DNA of 64,000 nt from Octopus vulgaris (lineage: Eukaryota): positions 12,462,001 through 12,526,000 of the forward strand of contig OX597835.1 of assembly GCA_951406725.2 (NCBI GenBank). The letters are read 5' to 3'. The stretch's first letter is position 1; the number at the start of each line of letters is the position of its first letter. The position numbers were made by a program, and so were the translations under genes. The notes under the pieces were generated by a model. The model was not told the DNA's origin, searched no databases, and saw only the letters and a program-made list of their open reading frames with translations. Below, one piece after another: positions 37,501 through 50,680 of this stretch.

Positions 37501-40500
37501 TACAGCTGGATGCCCTTCCTAACGCCAACCACTCTGAGAGTTTAAATATAACAAAGAATTTAAACCCTTTCGTTACTGCATTTATTTTGAGATGCTCTGT
37601 ATTTCTTTCAATTACTTTAAATCGTCATCATCATCATCATCGTTTAACGTCCGCTTTCCATGCTGGGGTTCAACTGGGGGTCTGGGAAGCCCGAAGGCTG
37701 CACCAGGCTCCAGTCTGATCTGGCAGTGTTTCTACAGCTGGATGCCCTTCCTAACGCCAACCACTCCGAGAGTTTAAATATAACAAAGAATTTAAACCCT
37801 TTCGTTACTGCATTTATTTTGAGATGCTCTGTATTTCTTTCAATTACTTTAAATCGTCATCATCATCATCATCATCGTTTAACGTCCGCTTTCCATGCTG
37901 GGGTTCAACCGGGGTCTGGGAAGCCCGAAGGCTGCACCAGGCCAGTCAGATCTGGCAGTGTTTCTACAGCTGGATGCCCTTCCTAACGCCAACCACTCCG
38001 AGAGTTTAAATATAACAAAGAATTTAAACCCTTTCGTTACTGCATTTATTTTGAGATGCTCTGTATTTCTTTCAATTACTTTAAATCGTCATCATCATCA
38101 TCATCGTTTAACGTCCGCTTTCCATGCTGGGGTTCAACTGGGGGTCTGGGAAGCCCGAAGGCTGCACCAGGCTCCAGTCTGATCTGGCAGTGTTTCTACA
38201 GCTGGATGCCCTTCCTAACGCCAACCACTCCGAGAGTTTAAATATAACAAAGAATTTAAACCCTTTCGTTACTGCATTTATTTTGAGATGCTCTGTATTT
38301 CTTTCAATTACTTTAAATCGTCATCATCATCATCATCATCGTTTAACGTCCGCTTTCCATGCTGGGGTTCAACTGGGGGTCTGGGAAGCCCGAAGGCTGC
38401 ACCAGGCCAGTCAGATCTGGCAGTGTTTCTACAGCTGGATGCCCTTCCTAACGCCAACCACTCCGAGAGTTTAAATATAACAAAGAATTTAAACCCTTTC
38501 GTTACTGCATTTATTTTGAGATGCTCTGTATTTCTTTCAATTACTTTAAATCGTCATCATCATCATCATCGTTTAACGTCCGCTTTCCATCTGGGGTTCA
38601 ACTGGGGTCTGGGAAGCCCGAAGGCTGCACCAGGCCAGTCAGATCTGGCAGTGTTTCTACAGCTGGATGCCCTTCCTAACGCCAACCACTCCGAGAGTTT
38701 AAATATAACAAAGAATTTAAACCCTTTCGTTACTGCATTTATTTTGAGATGCTCTGTATTTCTTTCAATTACTTTAAATCGTCATCATCATCATCATCGT
38801 TTAACGTCCGCTTTCCATGCTGGGGTTCAACTGGGGTCTGGGAAGCCCGAAGGCTGCACCAGGCCAGTCAGATCTGGCAGTGTTTCTACAGCTGGATGCC
38901 CTTCCTAACGCCAACCACTCCGAGAGTTTAAATATAACAAAGAATTTAAACCCTTTCGTTACTGCATTTATTTTGAGATGCTCTGTATTTCTTTCAATTA
39001 CTTTAAATCGTCATCATCATCATCATCGTTTAACGTCCGCTTTCCATGCTGGGGTTCAACTGGGGGTCTGGGAAGCCCGAAGGCTGCACCAGGCTCCAGT
39101 CTGATCTGGCAGTGTTTCTACAGCTGGATGCCCTTCCTAACGCCAACCACTCCGAGAGTTTAAATATAACAAAGAATTTAAACACTTTCGTTACTGCATT
39201 TATTTTGAGATGCTCTGTATTTCTTTCAATTACTTTAAATCGTCATCATCATCATCATCGTTTAACGTCCGCTTTCCATGCTGGGGTTCAACTGGGGGTC
39301 TGGGAAGCCCGAAGGCTGCACCAGGCTCCAGTCTGATCTGGCAGTGTTTCTACAGCTGGATGCCCTTCCTAACGCCAACCACTCCGAGAGTTTAAATATA
39401 ACAAAGAATTTAAACCCTTTCGTTACTGCATTTATTTTGAGATGCTCTGTATTTCTTTCAATTACTTTAAATCGTCATCATCATCATCATCATCGTTTAA
39501 CGTCCGCTTTCCATGCTGGGGTTCAACCGGGGTCTGGGAAGCCCGAAGGCTGCACCAGGCCAGTCAGATCTGGCAGTGTTTCTACAGCTGGATGCCCTTC
39601 CTAACGCCAACCACTCCGAGAGTTTAAATATAACAAAGAATTTAAACCCTTTCGTTACTGCATTTATTTTGAGATGCTCTGTATTTCTTTCAATTACTTT
39701 AAATCGTCATCATCATCATCATCGTTTAACGTCCGCTTTCCATGCTGGGGTTCAACTGGGGGTCTGGGAAGCCCGAAGGCTGCACCAGGCTCCAGTCTGA
39801 TCTGGCAGTGTTTCTACAGCTGGATGCCCTTCCTAACGCCAACCACTCCGAGAGTTTAAATATAACAAAGAATTTAAACCCTTTCGTTACTGCATTTATT
39901 TTGAGATGCTCTGTATTTCTTTCAATTACTTTAAATCGGCATCATCATCATCATCGTTTAACGTCCGCTTTCCATGCTGGGGTTCAACTGGGGGTCTGGG
40001 AAGCCCGAAGGCTGCACCAGGCTCCAGTCTGATCTGGCAGTGTTTCTACAGCTGGATGCCCTTCCTAACGCCAACCACTCCGAGAGTTTAAATATAACAA
40101 AGAATTTAAACCCTTTCGTTACTGCATTTATTTTGAGATGCTCTGTATTTCTTTCAATTACTTTAAATCGTCATCATCATCATCATCATCGTTTAACGTC
40201 CGCTTTCCATGCTGGGGTTCAACTGGGGGTCTGGGAAGCCCGAAGGCTGCACCAGGCCAGTCAGATCTGGCAGTGTTTCTACAGCTGGATGCCCTTCCTA
40301 ACGCCAACCACTCCGAGAGTTTAAATATAACAAAGAATTTAAACCCTTTCGTTACTGCATTTATTTTGAGATGCTCTGTATTTCTTTCAATTACTTTAAA
40401 TCGTCATCATCATCATCATCGTTTAACGTCCGCTTTCCATGCTGGGGTTCAACTGGGGTCTGGGAAGCCCGAAGGCTGCACCAGGCCAGTCAGATCTGGC

Positions 40501-42179
40501 AGTGTTTCTACAGCTGGATGCCCTTCCTAACGCCAACCACTCCGAGAGTTTAAATATAGCAAAGAATTTAAACCCTTTCGTTACTGCATTTATTTTGAGA
40601 TGCTCTGTATTTCTTTCAATTACTTTAAATCGTCATCATCATCATCATCGTTTAACGTCCGCTTTCCATGCTGGGGTTCAACTGGGGTCTGGGAAGCCCA
40701 AAGGCTGCACCAGGCCAGTCAGATCTGGCAGTGTTTCTACAGCTGGATGCCCTTCCTAACGCCAACCACTCCGAGAGTTTAAATATAACAAAGAATTTAA
40801 ACCCTTTCGTTACTGCATTTATTTTGAGATGCTCTGTATTTCTTTCAATTACTTTAAATCGTCATCATCATCATCATCATCGTTTAACGTCCGCTTTCCA
40901 TGCTGGGGTTCAACTGGGGTCTGGGAAGCCCGAAGGCTGCACCAGGCCAGTCAGATCTGGCAGTGTTTCTACAGCTGGATGCCCTTCCTAACGCCAACCA
41001 CTCCGAGAGTTTAAATATAACAAAGAATTTAAACCCTTTCCTTACTGCATTTATTTTGAGATGCTCTGTATTTCTTTCAATTACTTTAAATCGTCATCAT
41101 CATCATCATCGTTTAACGTCCGCTTTCCATGCTGGGGTTCAACTGGGGTCTGGGAAGCCCGAAGGCTGCACCAAGCCAGTCAGATCTGGCAGTGTTTCTA
41201 CAGCCTGATGCCCTTCCTAACGCCAACCACTCCGAGAGTTTAAATATAACAAAGAATTTAAACCCTTTCGTTACTGCATTTATTTTGAGATGCTCTGTAT
41301 TTCTTTCAATTACTTTAAATCGTCATCATCATCATCATCGTTTAACGTCCGCTTTCCATGCTGGGGTTCAACTGGGGTCTGGGAAGCCCGAAGGCTGCAC
41401 CAGGCCAGTCAGATCTGGCAGTGTTTCTACAGCTGGATGCCCTTCCTAACGCCAACCACTCCGAGAGTTTAAATATAACAAAGAATTTAAACCCTTTCGT
41501 TACTGCATTTATTTTGAGATGCTCTGTATTTCTTTCAATTACTTTAAATCGTCATCATCATCATCATCATCGTTTAACGTCCGCTTTCCATGCTGGGGTT
41601 CAACTGGGGTCTGGGAAGCCCGAAGGCTGCACCAGGCCAGTCAGATCTGGCAGTGTTTCTACAGCTGGATGCCCTTCCTAACGCCAACCACTCCGAGAGT
41701 TTAAATATAACAAAGAATTTAAACCCTTTCGTTACTGCATTTATTTTGAGATGCTCTGTATTTCTTTCAATTACTTTAAATCGTCATCATCATCATCATC
41801 GTTTAACGTCCGCTTTCCATGCTGGGGTTCAACTGGGGTCTGGGAAGCCCGAAGGCTGCACCAAGCCAGTCAGATCTGGCAGTGTTTCTACAGCCTGATG
41901 CCCTTCCTAACGCCAACCACTCCGAGAGTTTAAATATAACAAAGAATTTAAACCCTTTCGTTACTGCATTTATTTTGAGATGCTCTGTATTTCTTTCAAT
42001 TACTTTAAATCGTCATCATCATCATCATCGTTTAACGTCCGCTTTCCATGCTGGGGTTCAACTGGGGTCTGGGAAGCCCGAAGGCTGCACCAGGCCAGTC
42101 AGATCTGGCAGTGTTTCTACAGCTGGATGCCCTTCCTAACGCCAACCACTCCGAGAGTTTAAATATAACAAAGAATTTA
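34511..42179. repeat. Satellite-like array, 33 copies of a 228-233-bp SINE D/MITE 2 chimeric unit
   Basis: Near-identical units. Unit = MITE end AACCCTTTCGTTAC...TTTAAAT + SINE D fragment + TTTAAATATAACAAAGAATTTA. The last unit runs into the remainder of the MITE (to 42329). Confidence 0.95.
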
Positions 42180-42500
42180 GTAAAATAACTTCATTATCGT
42201 TAAGCTAGAGTTAAGAACATAAATTGTGACTAAGGTTTGTCGGAAGATTTTAATTCAAAACTTATGAAAACAAGACATTTGTAATTAGAGCCAGAGCTGG
42301 TTTCATCCGGGTTGGTAACGAAAGGGTTAAGAGACAAGGAATTATTTACATTATTTAGATTCGACAGATATTTGTCCTCATTTTGTTTGTTGTTAACACA
42401 ATGCTTCGGCTGATATACCCTCCAGCCTTCTTCACTACGCCATATGGTCACTTAACCACTATGCCATATGGCCACTTAGCCACTACGCCATATGCCCACA

Positions 42501-42776
42501 GGCATATGGCGTAGTGGTTAAAAACACGGGCTACTAACTCCAAGATTCTGAGTTCGATTCCAAGTAGTGACCTGAACAACAACAATAATAATAATAATAA
42601 CGCCAACCACTCTGTGAGTGAGCACCCACTACACTCACGGAGTGGTTGGCGTTAGGAAGGGCATCCAGCCGTAGAAACACTGCCAGATCAGACTGGGCCT
42701 GATGCAGCCTTCTGGCTTCACAGACCCCAGTTGAACCGTCCAACCCATGCTAGCATGGAAAGCGAACGCTAAATGA

Positions 42777-42813
<37 letters not shown>

Positions 42814-42960
42814 CAACAACATAGAAAAATACCTTAGGAATGAGAACCCAGGTTCGAAATTTCCCCAAGACACCTGATGAAGACTGGAGGGTATATCAGC
42901 CGAAACGTTGTGTTAAGAACAAACAAGATGAGGACAAATATCCGTCAAATGTAAATATTG
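42501..42960 (+). mobile_element. tRNA-headed non-autonomous element with 3' hammerhead-like motif, interrupted by SINE D
   Basis: A box TGGCGTAGTGG 42507, B box GTTCGATTCC 42552, (AAT)n, then hammerhead motif; an inverted copy of its 3' end lies at 42344-42433. Confidence 0.55.
42869..42914 (+). ncRNA. Minimal type I hammerhead ribozyme-like motif
   Basis: GACAC-CTGATGA-AGACTGG(AGGGTATA)TCAGCC-GAAA-CGTT-GTGTT; stem I GACAC/GTGTT, palindromic AACGTT stem III. Confidence 0.6.
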
Positions 42961-43041
42961 TAAGTAAGAGTTAGTATCTGGAAGGGACACACATCTGACC
43001 CAACTGTGAAAACAGTACCCCAGAAACATATTCGTTTAACC

Positions 43042-43303
43042 CAGTGGTTCCCAAACTTTTTCGGGCTGCCCACCTCCTTGACTCCCAGGTCACATTCCTA
43101 GGGCCCCTCCCCAAAAAAATAGTCCATCACAAAAATAGTCCTCTTTCTGAAGCAAATTCAAAGCAACTGTATTTCACAAATATAACTTAATGAACCCATT
43201 ATTTTGTTGTTTTTACATGAATTGCTACCCCTTTATTGCCCCACTTTTCTTCAAACGCCCCCCCCGGAGGGGGATGCAGTACCTCCCACTTTGGTAACCA
43301 TTG
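43042..43303. mobile_element. hAT-type MITE
   Basis: TIRs CAGTGGTTCCCAA / TTGGTAACCATTG; 8-bp TSD GTTTAACC / GTTTAACT. Confidence 0.75.
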
Positions 43304-46213
43304 GTTTAACTCATTCAGGGGCAACCTGCGGCACACGGTACTTTCTGAATGGCACGCCGTCATGAAAAGTCACATTGGAGTTTTGTTTTTAGCTTCATGG
43401 CCCACCTGACGATGAACCATGTCTCGTGTGGCCTACTTCTTGAAAAAGATTGCCCATGCCTAGTCTAACCCATGCCGGCATAGAAAAAGGGACGTGAAAA
43501 AACACGTGTATACGCACGCGCACACACAGACACACAAGATGTATTATGGTACTCCATCGGTTATAATGACAAGGGTTCCAGTTGATCCGATCAACGGAAT
43601 GGCCAGCTCGTGAAATTAATGCGCAAGTGGCTGAGTATTCTACAGACACGTGTACCCTTAATGTAGTTCTTAGGGAGATTCATTATGACACAGAATGTGA
43701 AAAGACTGGCCCTGGTGAATTACAGGTACAACTCATTTCTGCCAGATGAGTGGACTGGAGCAACGTGAAATAAAGTGTCTTGCTCAAGGACACAACGTGT
43801 CGCTAGGAATTGAACTCATGACCATTCGATCATGAGCCGAATGCCCTAACCACTAAGCCATGCACCTTCACTAATTTAATATACACAATATTTAGATATG
43901 AGCTACACAAGGCATGTTATATAGGCTTCCCAAACTATTGTGTTTCCATGGCATGAAACTATTCGTAGCATATTTAAATACTTCGTATATTGATTTCACA
44001 TTTTGGCACTAGGGCAGCAATTTCGGATAAGGAGCAGTAAGTCGATTACATCGCCTCCGCTTCCCCGGGGATGGAGTACTTTTTTGTTGATCCTACCTAT
44101 AACAGAAGCAGCAATCTATATGTATAATTATTGAGGCGGCAAGCTGGCAGAATCGTTAGCACACCGGCCGAAATGCTTAGTGGTATTTCGTCTGTCTTTA
44201 TGTTCTGAGTTCAAATTCCGCTGCAGTCGACTTTGCCTTTCATCCTTTCGGGATCGATAAATTAAGTACCAGTTACGCACTGGGGTCGATATAATCGACT
44301 TAATCCGTTTGTCTGTCCTCTCTGTGTTTAGCCCCTTGTGGGTAGTAAAGAAATAGGTATTACATATATATATATATATATATATATATAACAATTGAGG
44401 GTTATATATATATATAACAATTGCTTTTCTGAGTTGAGTTGAGCAAACACTATATGAGAGAGGTTTTCTTTAAGTATTGGAAATAGTTTTTAAAAAAGTT
44501 TTTTTAGCTGCTATTTCTAATGAGTTCAAGTATGCGGCAAAGTAATTTATTTTACTAAGCCCTTTTATATATATATATATATATACACACACACATACAG
44601 AGAGAGAGGCGGGTATATTTTATTCTAAAACCTAAGATTCGAAAAATTTAATACAAGAATTTCCCTGAAGAGAATTGGTTCTCTGCAAAGATGGCTGTCC
44701 AAAAGACATGACAGAATTACTAAAAGACATTTAATGAGATTCCACTTCAGTAATTAATTAATTGTCATTATATGCACACATGGAATTTGGATTGTAAGAA
44801 AGACAAGCTGTAGCGATAATAATATCGAAAATTGACAATTAGCAATTAATTAAACAAATACAGATGTATACATATATACACACATTTATACATATATGTA
44901 CGTAGATGCATGTATACTTATGCTTGCGTATAGTGCGTATATGTACTCATACATGTTTATATAGATATATACACATACATTTAGACATATACATACACTC
45001 ATATATATAGGCGTATATTGAAAGCATTATATACATATATTGAAAGCATTTACACACACATGCATCCGGAGATTTATGCATATATTCATACATATATACA
45101 TACCAGGCACGTGCCGTTAGTAATTACTCAGGGTAGGCAGTTGTGGCGTTTATGTAGTAAAAAGAAAGAAAGCGAAACACAAAATCTAAGTGAAACACAG
45201 GTGTGCGACTGAGTTGAAGGCAGATTTACATCTTCCTTTACAGCACGTAAAGATAACGTTGCTGTAGGAGTGTACGCAGCATGTGTGCTACAGCAGTTCT
45301 ATGCGTAGCTTAAATACTGAGATTGAAAAGCAGGGGTGAATTATGCCTACCTAATCTACAAAAAAAAAAATATATATATTTTGTATTTTATGCATAGTAA
45401 TCAGAGTAACCTTCATAATTTTATTGAAGTAGGTGCATATTTTGCCATAAAGGAAAATGTTGTTATCGATCTATTTTATTCAGGGTAGGCACTGCCTACC
45501 TTGCCTACCTAGGTGGCGTGTCCCTGATACATACAGACATACACATATTCAGAGATGTATACTCACATATATATTTGGTTAATGAGAGATGGAAGATACG
45601 ACAATTGTTTCGGCACATCTAGCATCGATTCCACCCGGTTAATGAGAGGTGGAAGATGGAAGATATGACAATTTTTTTTATACATCTATCATCGATCCCA
45701 CACGGGTGGGATGCTTAACAACTGGTTCAGGAGCATCTGGTACACGCTGTGAAGTGGTTGGCATCTGGGAAGACATCCAGCTGTAAAGACCATGTCAAAA
45801 CTGACCTCACCTGTGCTGGTACCATGTAAAAAAACGCACAGTCCACTCTGTGAGGTGGTTGGCGCTAACAAGGGCATTCAGCCGTAAAATCCCTGTGAAA
45901 ACAGACACTGTAGCCTGTCCTGCTCTTGTAAAACCGTCCAACTCATGCTAGCATCGAAGGCGGACGTTAAACAATGATAATGATAATGATCACACACACT
46001 CACACATATATCCACATGTACTGGTAGAAAAATATCTATAAAGTTGCTACCCTATATTATTTTAAGAATATGATTTTAGTAATTTCTGATGTTAGTCGAT
46101 ATGTTTTATTTTGTTGCGCACTGAAACTGCGCTTGCGCGGTGGATTTGAAAAATTATAATATATAATGATGAGACGTTATTTTGTCTCTAAATTATATGT
46201 TAATGTTTGGCGT

Positions 46214-46284
46214 ACCCGCTGATGAGAACTTTGCCTAGCAAATTATTTTATTTGCTAATTAAAGTTCGAAACCTAGGTCCAGCT
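46214..46284 (+). ncRNA. Type I hammerhead ribozyme-like motif
   Basis: CTGATGA (46219) - GAACTTT..TAGCAAAT/ATTTGCTA..AAAGTTC - GAAA - CCTAGG - TC; perfect core and long stem II, stem I partly mismatched. Confidence 0.65.
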
Positions 46285-46856
46285 GTAAAATATGGTAAAT
46301 GTTTTTTATTTTTCATTCCCTTAAAAATTACTCTTAACTGTGGTTTGGACTTTTGACTGTTCCTTCTAGTATGTAAGGCGACCCGTTATGGGTCACCTCT
46401 TTTTGTGTTTAAATGTACACTAATTTTATATCCACATGTATGTATAAATGTATATATATATATATATGCACATGTGTATATAGGTACGTATGTACCTGTG
46501 TCTCTTAATAAGTCTGCCATTACATAGATTTCCTGTTTATATTGGAATATATTTAATCCAGGAACCAATGTGAGCTAATGTTTGCAGACTTCAGTGAATA
46601 CAAAACAAAGATAAGGAAACAATAAAATAAAAAAACTATTTACTAACTGACATGAAGTTAGTATGATACTAAAATTACTAAAACGTAAGCTACATCACTT
46701 ATCTTTTATTACACATCCATCGTTGTGTAACAAACATTATAATGTTTTTGCTCTTAAAAGTTAAAACTTTGAACAACCTCCTACATTTGTAATCAAAGAC
46801 GTGGGAGTGAATTTCAAGTCTTTATTTTAAAGGAATAATAGGACACATATAGCTAC

Positions 46857-46911
<55 letters not shown>

Positions 46912-47325
46912 CGGAGGCGCAAGGGCCCAGTGGTTAGGGCAGCGGACTAGCAGTTTCAATTTCTAGATCGGGCGTTGTGAGTGTTTATTGAGTGAAAACA
47001 CCTAAAGCTCCATGAGGATCCGGCAGGGGGTGGTGGTGAACACTGCTGTACTTTCACGGCTGCATGCCAGTCCGCCTGTCAAATCTACCCACAAAGCTTT
47101 GGTTGGCTTGGGGCTATAATAGAAGGTACTTGCTCGATGTACCACGCGGTGGGACCGAACCCTGAACCATGTGGTTGGGAAACAAACTTCTTGCCACATA
47201 CATACATACATACATACACTCGTTGTCTATAGGGCGTGTATAAGTCATAGATATCTGCATTATCTATCGGACATATATATAACTACATGCAAGACATACA
47301 TCTACGTAAGCTATAGAACACATAA

Positions 47326-47428
<103 letters not shown>

Positions 47429-47449
47429 GTGTGTTAAATTAAAAACAGT

Positions 47450-48120
47450 TTTTTAACCATTTGCTCCTTACAAGGTCCTTAGACCACCGAAAACGTAAAG
47501 AGCTACTAGAATAAAATGGATGTTGGACAGAAGTCAATAGGTGATGATGTACATTAGACTTAAAAGACTGGAGGAGGTCATATTGAAGAGGAAAACAAGA
47601 TTGTGGAAGGGAACTCCAAAGTTCAGAGGTGCGAGGGAAGGAAACTGGTACTGTAAAGCGGTTTAGAACACTTAGGAGGTGGCACAGTATATTGATGGGA
47701 ACTGGATGCAAGTCTTAGCTGATCGCTGATAAGTTTTTGAAGGAGGAACCAGGGAAGAGAGCTCGGCTGAAGAATGTCCATGGAAATAGTTAAAGAGAGG
47801 AGACAAGGAAGCCACACGACGATGATGAGAGAGTGGATCCAATTTAGAAGATGGATCAGGACCAATAAGCATTGCAAATATGGCATTGAGTGTGGTCCAA
47901 CAGAGTCAAACAATCTGCTGGAGCACCTGCCCATATGTGACAACAGAACTTAATGCAGGGGTGAATGGTGAATATTAGGCCAGAGAATCATTAACGGTGA
48001 ATGGCGGGTAGAAAGATTCCAGAACGTTTGTAGGGATTTCTTGAAAAGGGGCCAAGAAGGTCTGCTACAAGTTAGGGATCGGAAAGCTTTCAAGCTGTCC
48101 GGTGCAATGAGGATTCCTCT

Positions 48121-48158
<38 letters not shown>

Positions 48159-49900
48159 GTCTTCAGTAGCACACCTGACAGCTGTTGCGGCATTTGGTAA
48201 ATATTTTCTTAGTCTTGGATTGGAAGTGAGGAGAAGATCAACGATATTTGGTGTGTTGATGTGTCAGGGTTAGGAGAGCGGGAGGCGGGGAGGGGGTAAA
48301 CGCTGAGGGGGCAATTAGTGCGGACAGTTCATGGTGGCAAATGGTTCGACCTCTGCACCTGTGGCTTTAGAGCGGGGGTTGGGGGTTCGGCGCAAGAACC
48401 AAGAAGACTAGTCTGATGATGTGCCAAAGGAGGAAGACTTCAAAGAGAAGTTATACGAGATAGAGGCGTGTGTGTGTGTGTATGCATATGTATGTATATA
48501 TATATATGTGTGTGTGTGTGTATGCATATGGGTGTATATATATATATATATACACACATACACACTCGTATAAATAGACATACGTAATGTAATGGAATTT
48601 AGTAACTGTAAAATATAGTCTAGGTATATAAACACATACATATATACACACGCACACACATACATACATACACACATACATACATATATACGTACATACA
48701 TAGACACACTCATACATATTATATATGCATATACATGTACCCACATACATACACAACTACTGGAACATAAAAGGAGAGAAATAGCTTAGGTCTCTCAATA
48801 AAAATTAATAGGAATCAGTCAGGAATTGAATTCAAAAGAAAAATGTAATTGTTGTTTTCGGATAGGTCAGGAAGATATGTGTGTCTTGATTTGGCTATAT
48901 CGATTTTATATTGATTTTATAGCTGTGGTTTCATTTTCTCCATAGTGTGAGCTAAGTCTCTTTTATTGCACATTGAAAATAAATAAAGAAATAAAGAAGC
49001 GATGCCAAGCCCATAGTCTTTAATGACCTTTCGGAACGAGTGGGGGTCAGTGTTTAATTTGTGTGTCTGTGCGTTGATGATTGTGGGAAACGTGTGGACA
49101 ATGTGCGAGGACGTGTGGGAAACGTGTGGGAACGTGTGGGAAGCGTGTGAGGACGTGTGGGAAACGTGTAGGAAACGTGTGAGAACGTGTGGGAAGCGAG
49201 TGAGAACGTGTGGGAAGCGTGTGAGGACGTGTGGGAAACGTGTAGGAAACGTGTGAGAACGTGTGGGAAACGTGTGGGAATGTGTGAGAACGTGTGGGAA
49301 GTGCGCGAGGACGTGTGGGAAACATAGGAAACGTGTGAGCGTGTGGAAAACGTGTAGGAAACGTGTAGGAGCGTGTGAGGACGTGTGGGAAACGTGTGAG
49401 AACATATGGGAAACGTGTGGGAATGTGTGAGAACGTGTGGGAAGTGCGCGAGGACGTGTGGGAAACATAGGAAACGTGTGAGAGCGTGTGGAAAACGTGT
49501 GGGAAGCGTGTGAGGACGTGTGGGAAACGTGTAGGAAACGTTTGAGAACGTGTGGGAAACGTGTGGGCGGGGATGGCATCTAGTTAAGGGGTGGGGGAAC
49601 GATTGGGTGAAATATTTTGTACGAAGTGCTTGGGAATGAAGTATCTGGGAAAGAGAATGTTTTAGAATGGTTGGGTTAAGGAATGTGGGTACATCGAATG
49701 AGATGAGGTTGGGGTTGTTGATTATTGACTCTAGAAGAAGAGACGGTCCTCAATATGAAGATTTATTTTTATTCCCGAAGGAATCGGGTGGCAGGAATGT
49801 CATAAGGTTTCGAGAAGACCCTAAGCTAGTAAGATCATAGGATTGAGCAGGTCAGTTGAGGCGACATGCAATAAGTTTTTGGAGCCGCTGCTAATTGCTG
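47450..49900 (-). mobile_element. Heavily decayed non-LTR retrotransposon (LINE) remnant with inserted simple repeats
   Basis: Minus-strand peptides LDPLSHHRRVASLSPLFNYFHGHSSAELSSLVP and FPRTSELWSSLPQSCFPLQYDLLQSFKSNVH are typical of a LINE ORF2 C-terminus; the 5' extent is uncertain. Confidence 0.6.
49082..49566. repeat. ~11-bp minisatellite (CGTGTGGGAAA / CGTGTGAGGA variants)
   Basis: Direct inspection; explains ORF 48917-49579. Confidence 0.9.
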
Positions 49901-50680
49901 CACACGTCCAGCGAATTCTCAGGAGCCGTTGTGGAATGGAAGATGGTGCAAGGTTTTGGCATATGTTAATCAAGTTAAATGTTAGGGCTTCTCAATCGGC
50001 AGGGTCCAAAATAAAATATGTGAACAGGACCCAAGAAACTGTTTTTGTTGCGTGGGAAAGTATTCAATAAAAAATCGCCATTAAGTCTTTTTTTTGCGCC
50101 GTGGTATTACATTTCAGAAACTTTATGTTCGATGAAATTTGTCAGTGTGAGTAGATCGGATGTAGTAGTAGTAGTAGGAGCACTCCGTCGGTTGCGACGA
50201 TGAGGGTCCCAGCTGATACGATCAGCGGAACAGCCTGCTCGTGATATTAACGTGCAAGTGGCCGAGCACTCCACAGACACGTGTACCCTTAACGTAGTTC
50301 TCGAGGAGATTCAGCGTGACACAGAGTGTGACAAGGCTGGCCCTTTGAAATACAGGTACAAGAGAAACAGGACGAAAGAGCGAGAGAAAGTTGTGGTGGA
50401 AGAGTACAGCAGGGTTCACCACCATCCCCTGCCGGAGCCTCGTGGAGCTTTAGGTGTTTTCGTTCAATAAACACTCCCAATGCCCGGTCTGGGAATCGAA
50501 ACCGCGATCCTCCGACCGCGAGTCCCCGCTGCCCTAACCACTGGGCCATTGCGCCTCCACTAGATCGGATGTAAATGAAGCTGTAAACACCTGCCAACAA
50601 CAACGAGGAGGCGGCGGCGGCGGCGGCGGTGGAGGAGGAGGAGAAGACACCACGACGTACATTTATTTTGCAAATGAAAT

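Noticed and set aside
34590-42162. Dozens of repeated ORFs with His/Ser runs
   Set aside because: Translations of the (CAT)n SINE tail in the tandem unit; frames shift between units.
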